This document shows positions 1 to 8,361 of a DNA stretch of 44,088 bases, piece by piece. A program made the translations under genes and the position numbers. The notes below the pieces were generated by a model. That model saw only the letters and a program-made list of their open reading frames with translations. It was not told where the DNA came from and searched no databases. Positions within the stretch are counted from its first letter, which is position 1, and each line of letters begins with the position of its first letter. Origin of the DNA: Acidimicrobiia bacterium (GTDB lineage: Bacteria > Actinomycetota > Acidimicrobiia > Spongiisociales > UBA5794); NCBI GenBank assembly GCA_041608315.1, contig JBFISZ010000001.1, positions 1 to 44,088 on the forward strand, read 5' to 3'.

Positions 1-93
1 CAGGGAGACCCCGACGTATTCGCCCCCTACGTCTATTCCACGGCTGTGTGACGGCAGGGGGCCTAATAGCCGTCGCAGTGATAGGCTGGCACT

Positions 94-588
94 ATGACGG
101 AACCCGTGCCGATGAATCTTGTAGGTGTTCGGATTGAGCTGCCGACCAACACTCCGATCTTGCTCCTGAAGGAGACATCGGGAACGCGGTACTTGCCGAT
201 CTGGATCGGAGCGAACGAGGCCACCGCCATCGCGCTCGCCCTCGAAGGTGTGCAACCGCAGCGGCCGCTCACTCATGACCTGTTGAAGCTGGTGGCCGAG
301 ACGCTCGGCGCCAAAGTGGATCGTGTGGTCGTGACCAACCTCGAGGACGGGACCTTCTTCGCCGATCTCGTGATGACTCGCAACGGCGAAGAGGTAGTCG
401 TCAGCTCACGGCCCTCCGACGCGATCGCTCTGGCCGCTCGCACCGACGCTCCGCTGTTCGCAGCACCCGAGGTCATCGACGAAGCCGGAGTCGAGATCCA
501 GCTCGACGGCCAGGAAGAGGAGATCGAACGGTTCCGCGAGTTCCTCGACGATGTCGTTCCGGAGGACTTCGAGGGCCACATCAAGTAG
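94..588 (+). CDS. Bifunctional nuclease family protein (BFN/DUF151-like)
   Basis: 164-aa ORF. The N-terminal pattern VGVRIE...PILLLKE...RYLPIWIG..EA.AIA and the acidic C-terminal tail are typical of actinobacterial bifunctional nuclease-domain proteins. Confidence 0.8.
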   Translation: MTEPVPMNLVGVRIELPTNTPILLLKETSGTRYLPIWIGANEATAIALALEGVQPQRPLTHDLLKLVAETLGAKVDRVVVTNLEDGTFFADLVMTRNGEEVVVSSRPSDAIALAARTDAPLFAAPEVIDEAGVEIQLDGQEEEIERFREFLDDVVPEDFEGHIK

Positions 589-847
589 AGCTCTCCCGCT
601 CGGTCCCGCCCGGGCATCTCCCCCCGTACCTCCTCTGAGAGCTGCCCGCGGTTTCGACGATGAGCTGAGCAGTCGCGCCACCGGGAGTGGTCCGCATCGG
701 CAGGCGGCAGTGAGGACTGGATAGAGCCAGACGGGAGTCTGGGCTAAGCGGCGCGATAGGCCCCCTTGCCGGCGAAAGTCCGCGACCAGCCTCAACCAGG
801 AACGATCACCATCCTGGCCGGACGGGATTTGCTGATCGGCGCTACGC

Positions 848-1192
848 CTAGGTCGGAATGTCGAGAATCAGGCCGATGACATCCCGGATCTGGCCAAGAA
901 CCACCAGCCCGGTGTTGCCGCGTACCTGTTCGACCCGCCGGGTCGAGACCGCCCGTACGTGCTGACATTGCGCAGCCGAGCGTTCTTGGAGACCATTGGT
1001 TTCGTCGGGTTCGATCGTGATCTCCGACGTGAAGCCCCTGATAGTGGTGGTGAGCGGCACGACTTGTATCACGGTGGATTGCGCATCGAGGATGCGCTGC
1101 GCCGTGATCAGCACAGCAGGATGGCGGAACCCGGCCTCGCGACCTTCGGGGAGTCCGAGGTCGAGGTCGATGACGTCACCCGAGGTCAGCAT
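848..1192 (-). CDS. mazF: MazF/PemK-family type II toxin (endoribonuclease)
   Basis: 114 aa. GDVIDLDLG...G.E.GFRHPAVLI and VVPLTT motifs are typical of the PemK/MazF fold. It overlaps the upstream small gene by 17 nt (1176-1192). Confidence 0.8.
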   Translation of the reverse strand: MLTSGDVIDLDLGLPEGREAGFRHPAVLITAQRILDAQSTVIQVVPLTTTIRGFTSEITIEPDETNGLQERSAAQCQHVRAVSTRRVEQVRGNTGLVVLGQIRDVIGLILDIPT

Positions 1193-1370
1193 CGAGCCAG
1201 TCGGCTTCGTCCGTGGTCAAGACTGCGGTGAGCTCTTCGCCGATCCGGTCTTGGCGGAGACGTCTTACGGCAAGCGCGACGGTTGCGCCGACAGTGGTGC
1301 CGAGCTGGTCGGCGAGTCGTTTCAACTCCTGATGGGTTGTCTTGTCGATGCGAACACTCGTACTCTGCAT
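1176..1370 (-). CDS. Type II antitoxin, ribbon-helix-helix-like partner of MazF
   Basis: Small ORF directly upstream of and overlapping the toxin. MQSTSVRIDKTTHQELKRLADQLG resembles an RHH/MazE-type N-terminus, with an acidic C-terminus. In-frame ATGs also occur at 1376, 1382 and 1394, so the start is uncertain. Confidence 0.6.
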   Translation of the reverse strand: MQSTSVRIDKTTHQELKRLADQLGTTVGATVALAVRRLRQDRIGEELTAVLTTDEADWLDADLG

Positions 1371-1475
1371 GCACATCAGCATACAGCGTCGCATGCATAA
1401 GTGGTAGGGGTTCGCGCTTCGTTGAACCGCTCATCACTCACCCCCGTGAGCGTTATCGCGCGGCTAGCGCCGTCC

Positions 1476-2923
1476 TCGATCCGGCAGGGAGTGATAATGG
1501 TTGTGCCCTCGATGGTTGATTGCCACTTGTGGTGGCGGATCGGCTTTTAGGGTTTGGTTTGGGTTCTCGGGGGCTGGTCTGGCTCACGAACCGGCTGACG
1601 CCAGTTTGGTTGTCTTGGAATTGACGCGCCGATCGGTTCCCGGGGGCCTGGGCCGGCACTCACCGCTCGGGCGGTGTGACGTTGGTCGAGCTGCAGCAAC
1701 AGCTTCGACCGCATCGACGTCCGCCGTTGCGGTGGTGCGTGCCACCCCTTTGCAAACATTGGCGAGAGAAAGGGATGGCAATGACCATCGTAGATACCCG
1801 TGTTGTTTGTGGTGGTGTCGATACCCACGTGGATTTCCATGTCGCGGCAGTTCTCAATCACATTGGTGGCTTGTTGGATGTCGAGTCCTTCGAGACCACC
1901 GAGGCTGGTTACCGCAAGCTGTTGGATTGGTTAGAGGGCTTTGGTGTGGTGATGCGTGTCGGGGTCGAGGGCACCGGTTCCTACGGCACTGGTCTGGCCC
2001 GCTTTCTGAATGATCGTGGCCTCGAGGTGGTTGAGGTGGATCGACCCAATCGGCAGCTGCGTCACCGTAGAGGCAAGTCGGATCCCACCGACGCGATCGC
2101 CGCGGCGCGGGCTGCGCTCTCGGGTGAGGCTGCTGGGCGTCCCAAGTGGCGTAACGGGCCAGCCGAGCAGATGCGGATCCTGTTGGTGGCTCGCCGCTCG
2201 GCACGCGATCAACGAATCCAGACGCTGAATCAGATCCGTCAGCTGGTGTTCACCGCCCCAGGGGCGATCCGGGAACGCTTCATAGGTCGCCCCCCAACAG
2301 CAATGCTCACCGAGATGGCCAAGATGCGGCCCCGCCCAAGTTCGGATCCGGTTGCCTATGTCACGCTGTGCACGATCCGGGACTTGGCGCGGCGTATCAA
2401 AGGCCTCGATGCTGAAACCAAAGTGATCCGTGCCAAGCTACGAATCCTGGTCGCTGAGGTGACGCCGTCGCTGCTCGAGCTGCGCGGTGTCGGGGCCGAG
2501 ACAGCTGCCATGCTGCTGGTGGCGGCTGGCGACAACCCGCAACGGATCCGCTCTGAAGCCGCCTGGGCGCATCTGTGCGGCGTCGCCCCTATCCCGGCAT
2601 CATCGGGAAAGACGATCCGGCACCGGCTAAACCGGGGCGGTGACCGCCAAGCAAACGCCGCGTTGTACCGCATCGTGCTCTCCCGCCTCTCCTGCGACCA
2701 GGAAACCAAGAACTACATGACACGTCGCCTCGCCGAGGGCCGCACCCGCAAGGAAATCATCCGGATGCTGAAACGCTACCTAGCCCGCCACATCTACAAA
2801 CACCTTCCCCGAGACAGCCACTGAGATCACGGGACGGGAATCTGACCCGCTAACCGGCTGACCACCCCACCCGGGTCGTGCCCACCACCCGCAACGCACC
2901 TTGACAACCCACCACCCACCGTC
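1476..2923 (+). mobile_element. IS110-family insertion sequence (boundaries approximate)
   Basis: Contains the IS110-type transposase gene with ~280-380 nt of non-coding sequence upstream and ~100 nt downstream. The minus-strand HAD-like ORF reads through into it. Ends are inferred from a possible split promoter (TTGACA 2901-2906, GATAAT 1493-1498) and are not demonstrated. Confidence 0.55.
1775..2824 (+). CDS. IS110-family transposase (DEDD/RuvC-like recombinase)
   Basis: MAMTIVDTRVVCGGVDTHVDFHVAAV (N-terminal DEDD domain) and LLELRGVGAETAAMLLVAAGDNPQRIRSEAAWAHLCGVAPIPASSGK...RLNRGGDRQAN (C-terminal Transposase_20-type domain). ATG at 1775 is preceded by GAGAGAAAGGG. The upstream part of the 1676 ORF looks non-coding. 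Confidence 0.92.
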   Translation: MAMTIVDTRVVCGGVDTHVDFHVAAVLNHIGGLLDVESFETTEAGYRKLLDWLEGFGVVMRVGVEGTGSYGTGLARFLNDRGLEVVEVDRPNRQLRHRRGKSDPTDAIAAARAALSGEAAGRPKWRNGPAEQMRILLVARRSARDQRIQTLNQIRQLVFTAPGAIRERFIGRPPTAMLTEMAKMRPRPSSDPVAYVTLCTIRDLARRIKGLDAETKVIRAKLRILVAEVTPSLLELRGVGAETAAMLLVAAGDNPQRIRSEAAWAHLCGVAPIPASSGKTIRHRLNRGGDRQANAALYRIVLSRLSCDQETKNYMTRRLAEGRTRKEIIRMLKRYLARHIYKHLPRDSH

Positions 2924-3361
2924 ACCACCCACCAAAACCGGGTTGGCGACAAGCGTGTTATCGCTCATATCTGACGATCTGGGTGGCCACTCGTCATCCG
3001 TGAGGGAACGTCCAAAGCCTCCGAGTCGCCAGACCTGCTGTTCAGTCAGACGCTCCTTCGGGTCCGTGTGGATCAGAAGAGTGAGTACGACTCGGTGTTC
3101 GGGCCATGCAAAGGCGTCCGCGCGTAGTTCGTCATCGATCCACGCGCACGGTCGGTCGCCCGCATACCGCCGCACGTCATGAAGCTTCCACGTCTCGTCT
3201 GCCCGACCGCTGCCGAGCTCGATCACAGGGATATCCTCGCCTAGGGCGACCCTGGGTGCGATGAGACGGGGAGCGTCGTGTTCCCACGTCGTCGCCCACA
3301 CCAGGTCGAACCACGTCGCCAGGTCATTGAGCCATCTGCCGTGGCGCGGCGACAGCCACAC
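2780..3361 (-). pseudogene. HAD-like (Swiss-army-knife RNA-repair-type HAD) gene remnant, truncated at both ends
   Basis: VWLSPRHG....LVWATTWEHDA...IAP and CAWIDDE resemble the central and C-terminal part of actinobacterial HAD-like proteins. The N-terminal DxDG catalytic segment is missing. The frame stays open up to the stop of the preceding gene at 3431 with no ATG, and the 3' end reads through into the IS110 element. Confidence 0.5.
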
Positions 3362-3430
3362 GTCGAAGCCGAGAAGCTCGTAGCGATGTAGCTCGAGACC
3401 AAGGAGTCCCGGCTGGTGCTGGAATGTCGT

Positions 3431-3937
3431 CTAGGTCGCCGGTGAGTCCGCCAAGGGATACCACCGTGCAGCCCATTTCGATCCGGGGCGGGCGGCCTTC
3501 GTGGCCGCGGTGAGGCTCACGAACCCAGCGCCGACGCCTGCGACCACGGCGAGGAATACGACGCCCATCCCGGCTCCCACACCCGAGAACCCGTCGAGTT
3601 CTTGACTGCGGAGCGAGATGATACCTACGACGAACACGAGGATCATGACCGGCAGCGCCAAGACTCCCATCCAGCCTCCCGCGCGGCGTCCCTTCTGGAA
3701 GCAGACGATTGCAGAAGCCGGAGAGACCAAGGCGAACGAAACGGGGATCAGAAGAAGGAAGGCTCCCAGGGTCCCGAAAAAGAACCCGGTGACACCGACT
3801 TCATCCTCGGCGACATCGAGAAGGTGGACAAGTGGTGCCAGCGCGAGCAACGTGGCCGGATAGACGAGCCGCAGACGTGTCGGACGTATCCACGTACGGC
3901 GAGAAGTGGGTGTTTCGTAGCGCACAGAAAGTCCCAT
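3431..3937 (-). CDS. Hypothetical integral membrane protein (about 4 TM segments)
   Basis: Hydrophobic stretches LLALAPLVHLL, FFFGTLGAFLLLIPVSFALV, WMGVLALPVMILVFVVGIISL and GMGVVFLAVVAGVGAGFVSL. An alternative start lies at 4000. No family was recognised. Confidence 0.5.
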   Translation of the reverse strand: MGLSVRYETPTSRRTWIRPTRLRLVYPATLLALAPLVHLLDVAEDEVGVTGFFFGTLGAFLLLIPVSFALVSPASAIVCFQKGRRAGGWMGVLALPVMILVFVVGIISLRSQELDGFSGVGAGMGVVFLAVVAGVGAGFVSLTAATKAARPGSKWAARWYPLADSPAT

Positions 3938-4096
3938 CAATCGGGACGCCAGTCGTGGGGAGCAGCGTCGAGGTGCCCAGCCTAGTGGCGTGGACCGCAC
4001 TCTGACCGCGAGATATCGTTGATTCCCACGAGAAGACAGGCGGTGTCACGACCGGCAGAAGAAGGAAGTCCCTAGCAGATTGACGATCTGCCTCGC

Positions 4097-4327
4097 TCAC
4101 TGGCCCTCGCTGAGGCTCAGTCCTGCGGCGTCATTCCTGACGAACTCGATACTTTCAGTGAAGTGTTCCCAGGAGGGACTCAGAGCGGGAACCTGTGCTG
4201 GCACGTCCGCACCGACGACGCTGACAGTCTTGCCCTCATCGTTGACGACGCCTTCAGCTTCGATCAAGAACGCGCCTACATGGCCCTGAGGTAGCCGGTT
4301 CGAGCGAAGCGGAAGTGCCCGGTTCAT
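4097..4327 (-). CDS. Small acidic hypothetical protein (76 aa)
   Basis: ATG is preceded by AAGGAG with a 7-nt spacer. Third-position GC is consistent with coding. No recognisable family. Confidence 0.5.
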   Translation of the reverse strand: MNRALPLRSNRLPQGHVGAFLIEAEGVVNDEGKTVSVVGADVPAQVPALSPSWEHFTESIEFVRNDAAGLSLSEGQ

Positions 4328-4527
4328 CCCTCAGCTCCTTAGAAACGGCCGGAATCTTCGAACCGCTCCTCGATGTGCCGATCTGGGACGGTCGCGAGAG
4401 TGGGGCGATATGGCGCGGGATTCGGGCGTTCGGTGCGGCTCGGTTCACGGTCTCGGTCGATGACCGAAGGTGATGCGACCGCTTTCGACGCTCGGCTCTA
4501 GGCCAGCTGGGCGGTCTCGCCGGTGTG

Positions 4528-6858
4528 TCATGGGTTGGGCGTGATTCGTGTGATGGTCCCGTCTTCCTGAGTAACCCAAATGAACCCGTTGGACTCGATC
4601 ATTTGGATCGGTGCCTCCCGATCCCCCTCGAGTTCGATGACTTCGGTGATGGTGCGGGTTGCCGTGTCGATTCGAGTTACGGATCCTCGAGTTACGAATT
4701 CGCCGACGTGCGCGACCCACAATGAATCGCCGACCACGAGCAACTGCCGTGGAGACGCTGCCACTGGGATCACGTCGGTTACCTCAACAGTGGCGGCATC
4801 GATTCGGGTGACGGTATCCACGTCGCCGGTAAAGAACCATATTGCACCGTCGCTGAAGACACCGCCGTAGGAACCACTGTTGGCGGTCTGACCGAGGTCC
4901 AGCTCGTCGGTGATTTCCCGGGTTTCGAGGTCGAATCGAATGACTGGCATGCCAACCCCGGAGAGCCAGATAGCGTCGCCGAGCAACGAGGCGACGGCTT
5001 GGCAGCAGGCGGCTGCTTCGGGATAGTGCTCCAATGTTTTTGTGTCGAGATCGATCCTCATCAGACCGTCGAACTCTGCGTAATGCCAGAGTCCGCCGTT
5101 GATTTCACCTACCCAGCCACCACCGCCGTCGTCGTCAGAAACCGTCTCGATCCTGTGCGTGGCGAGATCAATTCGGTAGATCCCTTCGGTCTCGTTGCCG
5201 CCATCGTCCCACGCGGTCACCCAGAGACCGCCGTCGGCAACGATTATGTCCCCTTTCTCCACGGGGCTTTCGATTATGTCAGTAATCGTGCCCGATTCGA
5301 GCTCGATGCGACTCAGCAGGGAGGCGTCTCGTTGGTTGAAGTCGGCGAGCAACACCCACAGCGAGTCAGCGGTCGGCTCCATTTCCCACACAGAGCGGTC
5401 CACCCGGATACGTTCGAATTGCGCTGAGATTGTGTCGATCCGGAAGATGTTGTTTGAACCGTTACGCGGATCGTCTGGGTGGGTGCCGGAAAACCAAACC
5501 GCGTGACCCGTTTCGATGAATCGACGATTCCCGCCGGGCCATCCGGTGGCGATTCCGCCCGGGCCGTCCGGGGTGACTACCTTGACCACCTCAGCGATCG
5601 GGCCGGACGCGGCTCCTTCTGGCGGGTCTGTTGCGGGGGGTAGCGCCGCGGTCACACGATGGTCCTCGATGAGTGGACCGTCGGGCGTATCAACGATTCG
5701 CATAATCTCAGTCCCGGCGGCATCAAGAACCAGGAACGGTCCCGCCGATTGATCACTGCTGAATTCGCCGCCACCTCCGCTCCCAGGCGCATCAATGATC
5801 AATGCCATACCGGCAAGCGGCCGCTGCCAAACGGTCGACCCGTCGGCCCGCTCGAAGGTGACCAAAGCGGCCGCAAGTGGCAAGGCTGCGAACTGGAAGA
5901 CCCGTCTGCGCTCAACAACCGAATTCAGGACGGTCAGCACGCCGCCTCGTCCAAAGCGATCGGTCAGGAGGGCGCTTTCGTCGTACCCCGTGAAGCCGAA
6001 CTCGATCTCGACCGAATCACGTCCCCTGACGGCGATTCCAGTTCTGGCTACGACACCGTCGACTTCGACCTCGACGGCCAGGTCGCACGGACCGCTGCAG
6101 ATCGAAATCTCCGGTTCATAATCGCGGAACGGCCCACTCAACGGTTGCTCGACACCCAACGACGAAGGATCGAACTCAAGAGACACAGCCGAAGCCGACT
6201 CGACCGCCGCATCGAGATAACCCTCGACGAAACCAATGGGCACATCTGCCGGAGTCACCGTCGTCATTCCGAACTCGCTCTCGAGACGGAACGCCGATTG
6301 AACCATCGACTGAGAGGTGGCGAAAACCACCACACCCGCACCGCACGGCGGAGCTACATCAGCATCTCGACACCCAGACTCCAGTCCGGTGAGCTGCCGC
6401 CACGCTGACTCATCTGGTGCCGTCGCGACCTCAATGACTCCCGGCCACGACCGGACCTCATCGACCATGCTCGCCATTACCTCAGGACCGACATCCGGGT
6501 CGACAAACGTGGCGGCCACGCTCCACGCACCAGGACCAAGCACACCATTCACACCACTGACGGGAGCCACAGTCGTAGTCGGCACCGTTGTGGTTGGCTG
6601 GTCGATGATGTCGTCCGGCCCCGCGCGGGCCAGCCACGCTACGCCACCGACCAGCACCAAGATCACCACGGCGGCAGCAACTGCTACCAGCCAGGTACGT
6701 GACCGCGGAGTTGGAGGCTCCGGCCGGGATGGCTGTGGATAGTCGATTGGTCGGATCGGACCCGCGGTGTGGAGGATCTCAGAAACGTCGACTGGTTGTT
6801 GGATCTCGTCAACCGCGGTGAACAGGACGTTGATCTGGGTCGCCAACGTGTCGCTCAT
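4528..6858 (-). CDS. Membrane-anchored protein coupled to the ECF sigma (candidate anti-sigma) with extracytoplasmic beta-propeller-like repeats
   Basis: Its start overlaps the sigma stop (ATGA at 6855-6858). About 55 cytoplasmic residues are followed by one TM segment (WLVAVAAAVVILVLVGGVAWL). The C-terminal ~330 aa contain about eight repeats of the form [LI]W[VFLH]...x[RI]ID...T..I[TE]. Confidence 0.75.
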   Translation of the reverse strand: MSDTLATQINVLFTAVDEIQQPVDVSEILHTAGPIRPIDYPQPSRPEPPTPRSRTWLVAVAAAVVILVLVGGVAWLARAGPDDIIDQPTTTVPTTTVAPVSGVNGVLGPGAWSVAATFVDPDVGPEVMASMVDEVRSWPGVIEVATAPDESAWRQLTGLESGCRDADVAPPCGAGVVVFATSQSMVQSAFRLESEFGMTTVTPADVPIGFVEGYLDAAVESASAVSLEFDPSSLGVEQPLSGPFRDYEPEISICSGPCDLAVEVEVDGVVARTGIAVRGRDSVEIEFGFTGYDESALLTDRFGRGGVLTVLNSVVERRRVFQFAALPLAAALVTFERADGSTVWQRPLAGMALIIDAPGSGGGGEFSSDQSAGPFLVLDAAGTEIMRIVDTPDGPLIEDHRVTAALPPATDPPEGAASGPIAEVVKVVTPDGPGGIATGWPGGNRRFIETGHAVWFSGTHPDDPRNGSNNIFRIDTISAQFERIRVDRSVWEMEPTADSLWVLLADFNQRDASLLSRIELESGTITDIIESPVEKGDIIVADGGLWVTAWDDGGNETEGIYRIDLATHRIETVSDDDGGGGWVGEINGGLWHYAEFDGLMRIDLDTKTLEHYPEAAACCQAVASLLGDAIWLSGVGMPVIRFDLETREITDELDLGQTANSGSYGGVFSDGAIWFFTGDVDTVTRIDAATVEVTDVIPVAASPRQLLVVGDSLWVAHVGEFVTRGSVTRIDTATRTITEVIELEGDREAPIQMIESNGFIWVTQEDGTITRITPNP

Positions 6859-7322
6859 GTCTTCACCCCCAACCGGTCTCGTAACTTGGCCATGGCTCGC
6901 TTCTCATGTGTCTGCACGGTCCCCTTAGCGACACCCAACAACTCGGCGACCTCTCCATAGGACCACTCGTAGCCGTGGATCAACGTCACCACGATGCGCT
7001 GCTGGTCTCGCAACCCCAACAGAGCAGCCGGAAGACCCGGCTCAACCCACGGGAGCGTCTCGACCACTCCGTCTAGATCAGCTACCAGCACATCTCGAGA
7101 GACCTTGCGGCCCCGGTCACGGCCCACCCGGTACAGGTACCCGGCCGGGTTCTCCAACGACTTGACCCGATCCCAGTGCCGCCACGCATACACCAACGCC
7201 TCAGCGGCGGCGTCGCGGCCCGCCTCGATCCCGAACGTCGCCGTCAACGCCCGACGCAGCCGCGGCTCTAACTCAGCCACGAACTCCGTAAAAGAGTCAA
7301 CTCTCGCCTGATCAGCCAGCAA
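6855..7322 (-). CDS. ECF-type RNA polymerase sigma-70 family factor
   Basis: Region 2 (AAAEALVYAWRHWDRV...NPAGYLYRVGRDRGRK) and region 4 HTH (SYGEVAELLGVAKGTVQTHEKRAMAKLR). The proposed TTG start at 7322 lies 6 nt after GGGAGA. The ORF is open to 7391, but that part overlaps a conserved non-coding motif. Confidence 0.85.
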   Translation of the reverse strand: MLADQARVDSFTEFVAELEPRLRRALTATFGIEAGRDAAAEALVYAWRHWDRVKSLENPAGYLYRVGRDRGRKVSRDVLVADLDGVVETLPWVEPGLPAALLGLRDQQRIVVTLIHGYEWSYGEVAELLGVAKGTVQTHEKRAMAKLRDRLGVKT

Positions 7323-7339
7323 CGCGCATCTCCCAAGTC

Positions 7340-7385
7340 CTCTACCCACATAAAGGTAAGAAACAGGCTGATCGTAAGACAACAC
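7340..7385 (-). promoter_or_regulatory. Copy 1 of a shared 46-nt upstream motif (candidate ECF-dependent promoter or leader)
   Basis: Minus-strand sequence GTGTTGTCTTACGATC-N9-CTTACCTTTATGTGGGTAGAG, 17 nt upstream of the proposed sigma start. A near-identical copy with the same spacing lies at 8362-8407. Confidence 0.5.
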
Positions 7386-7495
7386 ACCCAAATACCGAAC
7401 ATGAAACGGGCAACACGAACCGCACCGGCAACCTCGTCAGGGCCGACCTCGCCGGGGTCCAGCCGTCCGAGAACATGGACTGTTGCTCAGGATCG

Positions 7496-7518
7496 CGCTC
7501 TCGGCACCGTCGAGAGCG
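7496..7518 (-). terminator. Hairpin downstream of the lipoprotein gene (terminator-like)
   Basis: CGCTCTCG-GCACCGT-CGAGAGCG, an 8-bp perfect stem about 45 nt after the stop at 7562. There is no U-tract. Confidence 0.4.
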
Positions 7519-7561
7519 GCCACGATCGTGACCTAGGCGCACATTGTGATCGCCTTATTGT

Positions 7562-8332
7562 CTAGCAACCCTCGAGGTAACCGCAACCGTTCTCGTCGAG
7601 GTAGACGGCCCATTTCTGGGCGTACTCCGCCTGCAATGCGCCGATCTCTCTAGCCTCGTCGACCGTGGTCCACTTGCGGAAGCTAGTGGCTTCGCGAATT
7701 CCCGGGTGATTCTGGTCGAGCCATCGGTTGAATGGAGCGCCCACGTGGAGGAAGTCCTGGCCCGGGAGGTAGGAGAATGTGAACCTCCTAACGCCCTCGG
7801 GGCTGATAACCGCGGTGAATCTCGTGGGAACCGCCGGTGCACCGACGGCCGGAATCAGCGAGTCGATCGTCTCGAACTCACAGAACACATGCACCGTTGC
7901 TTCTTCTGGCACTTCATGGTTCACACTGCACTCCGGCGACGTCAGGCGCGTCCCCTGCCCGACGTAGAACCAGTTGATCATCTCGAAATCCGCTCGTGAG
8001 CGCCTGCCAAACCAATCGAAGGTGACATCCTCGGTGAACAACGAGAACACTGCGTCGACATCCCCGGCGTTGAACGCATCGAAGTAAGCATCCGTCACCG
8101 AGAACGCATCATCGGCGCTGAACGCTGCCGCGCCTGTCGTGGGTGGCGATGTCGCTACCGTCGCCGCGGGCGCCGGCACCGTAGTTGAGGGGGCTGATGT
8201 GGTTGTTGAACTCGTTACCTCCAGCGCCCCTTCGTCGTCCGAACCGCCACACGCGGATGCAACTAGAACGAAGACAGCCAGCACCGCCATCAGCTTCATC
8301 AGGAGGCGACTACGCCTCAGCACTTCCGTCAT
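7562..8332 (-). CDS. Lipoprotein with NTF2/SnoaL-like domain
   Basis: MTEVLRRSRLLMKLMAVLAVFVLVASAC carries a lipobox (VASAC), followed by an S/T/P/A-rich linker and then DAYFDAFNAGDVDAVFSLFTEDVTF, an NTF2-like signature. ATG 8332 lies 6 nt after GGGAGA. Confidence 0.75.
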   Translation of the reverse strand: MTEVLRRSRLLMKLMAVLAVFVLVASACGGSDDEGALEVTSSTTTSAPSTTVPAPAATVATSPPTTGAAAFSADDAFSVTDAYFDAFNAGDVDAVFSLFTEDVTFDWFGRRSRADFEMINWFYVGQGTRLTSPECSVNHEVPEEATVHVFCEFETIDSLIPAVGAPAVPTRFTAVISPEGVRRFTFSYLPGQDFLHVGAPFNRWLDQNHPGIREATSFRKWTTVDEAREIGALQAEYAQKWAVYLDENGCGYLEGC

Positions 8333-8361
8333 TCTTGGTCTCCCACGTACGCCTCCCAGCT

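Noticed and set aside
650-659. GGTTTCGACG string resembling the 5' region of tmRNA (ssrA), a common island integration site.
   Set aside because: No GGGG-type 5' acceptor strand, no plausible tag ORF ending in hydrophobic Ala residues, and no tRNA-like 3' end. The similarity is about 10 nt only.
774-782. GAAAGTCCG string resembling the conserved RNase P RNA core.
   Set aside because: The flanking sequence does not match the GAGGAAAGUCCGG..C...CA context or other conserved RNase P regions.
833-858. Possible degenerate left-hand att copy (GGCGCTAC followed by GGTCGGAA) at the left island edge.
   Set aside because: Only an 8-nt exact match to the 22-nt tRNA-Val core, and the rest aligns only with gaps. 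This is expected by chance in 44 kb of GC-rich DNA, and it overlaps the mazF stop.
1262-1270. GTCTTACGG, a partial match to the first block of the 46-nt sigma/lipoprotein motif.
   Set aside because: Nine nucleotides only, inside the antitoxin coding region, and without the second block.
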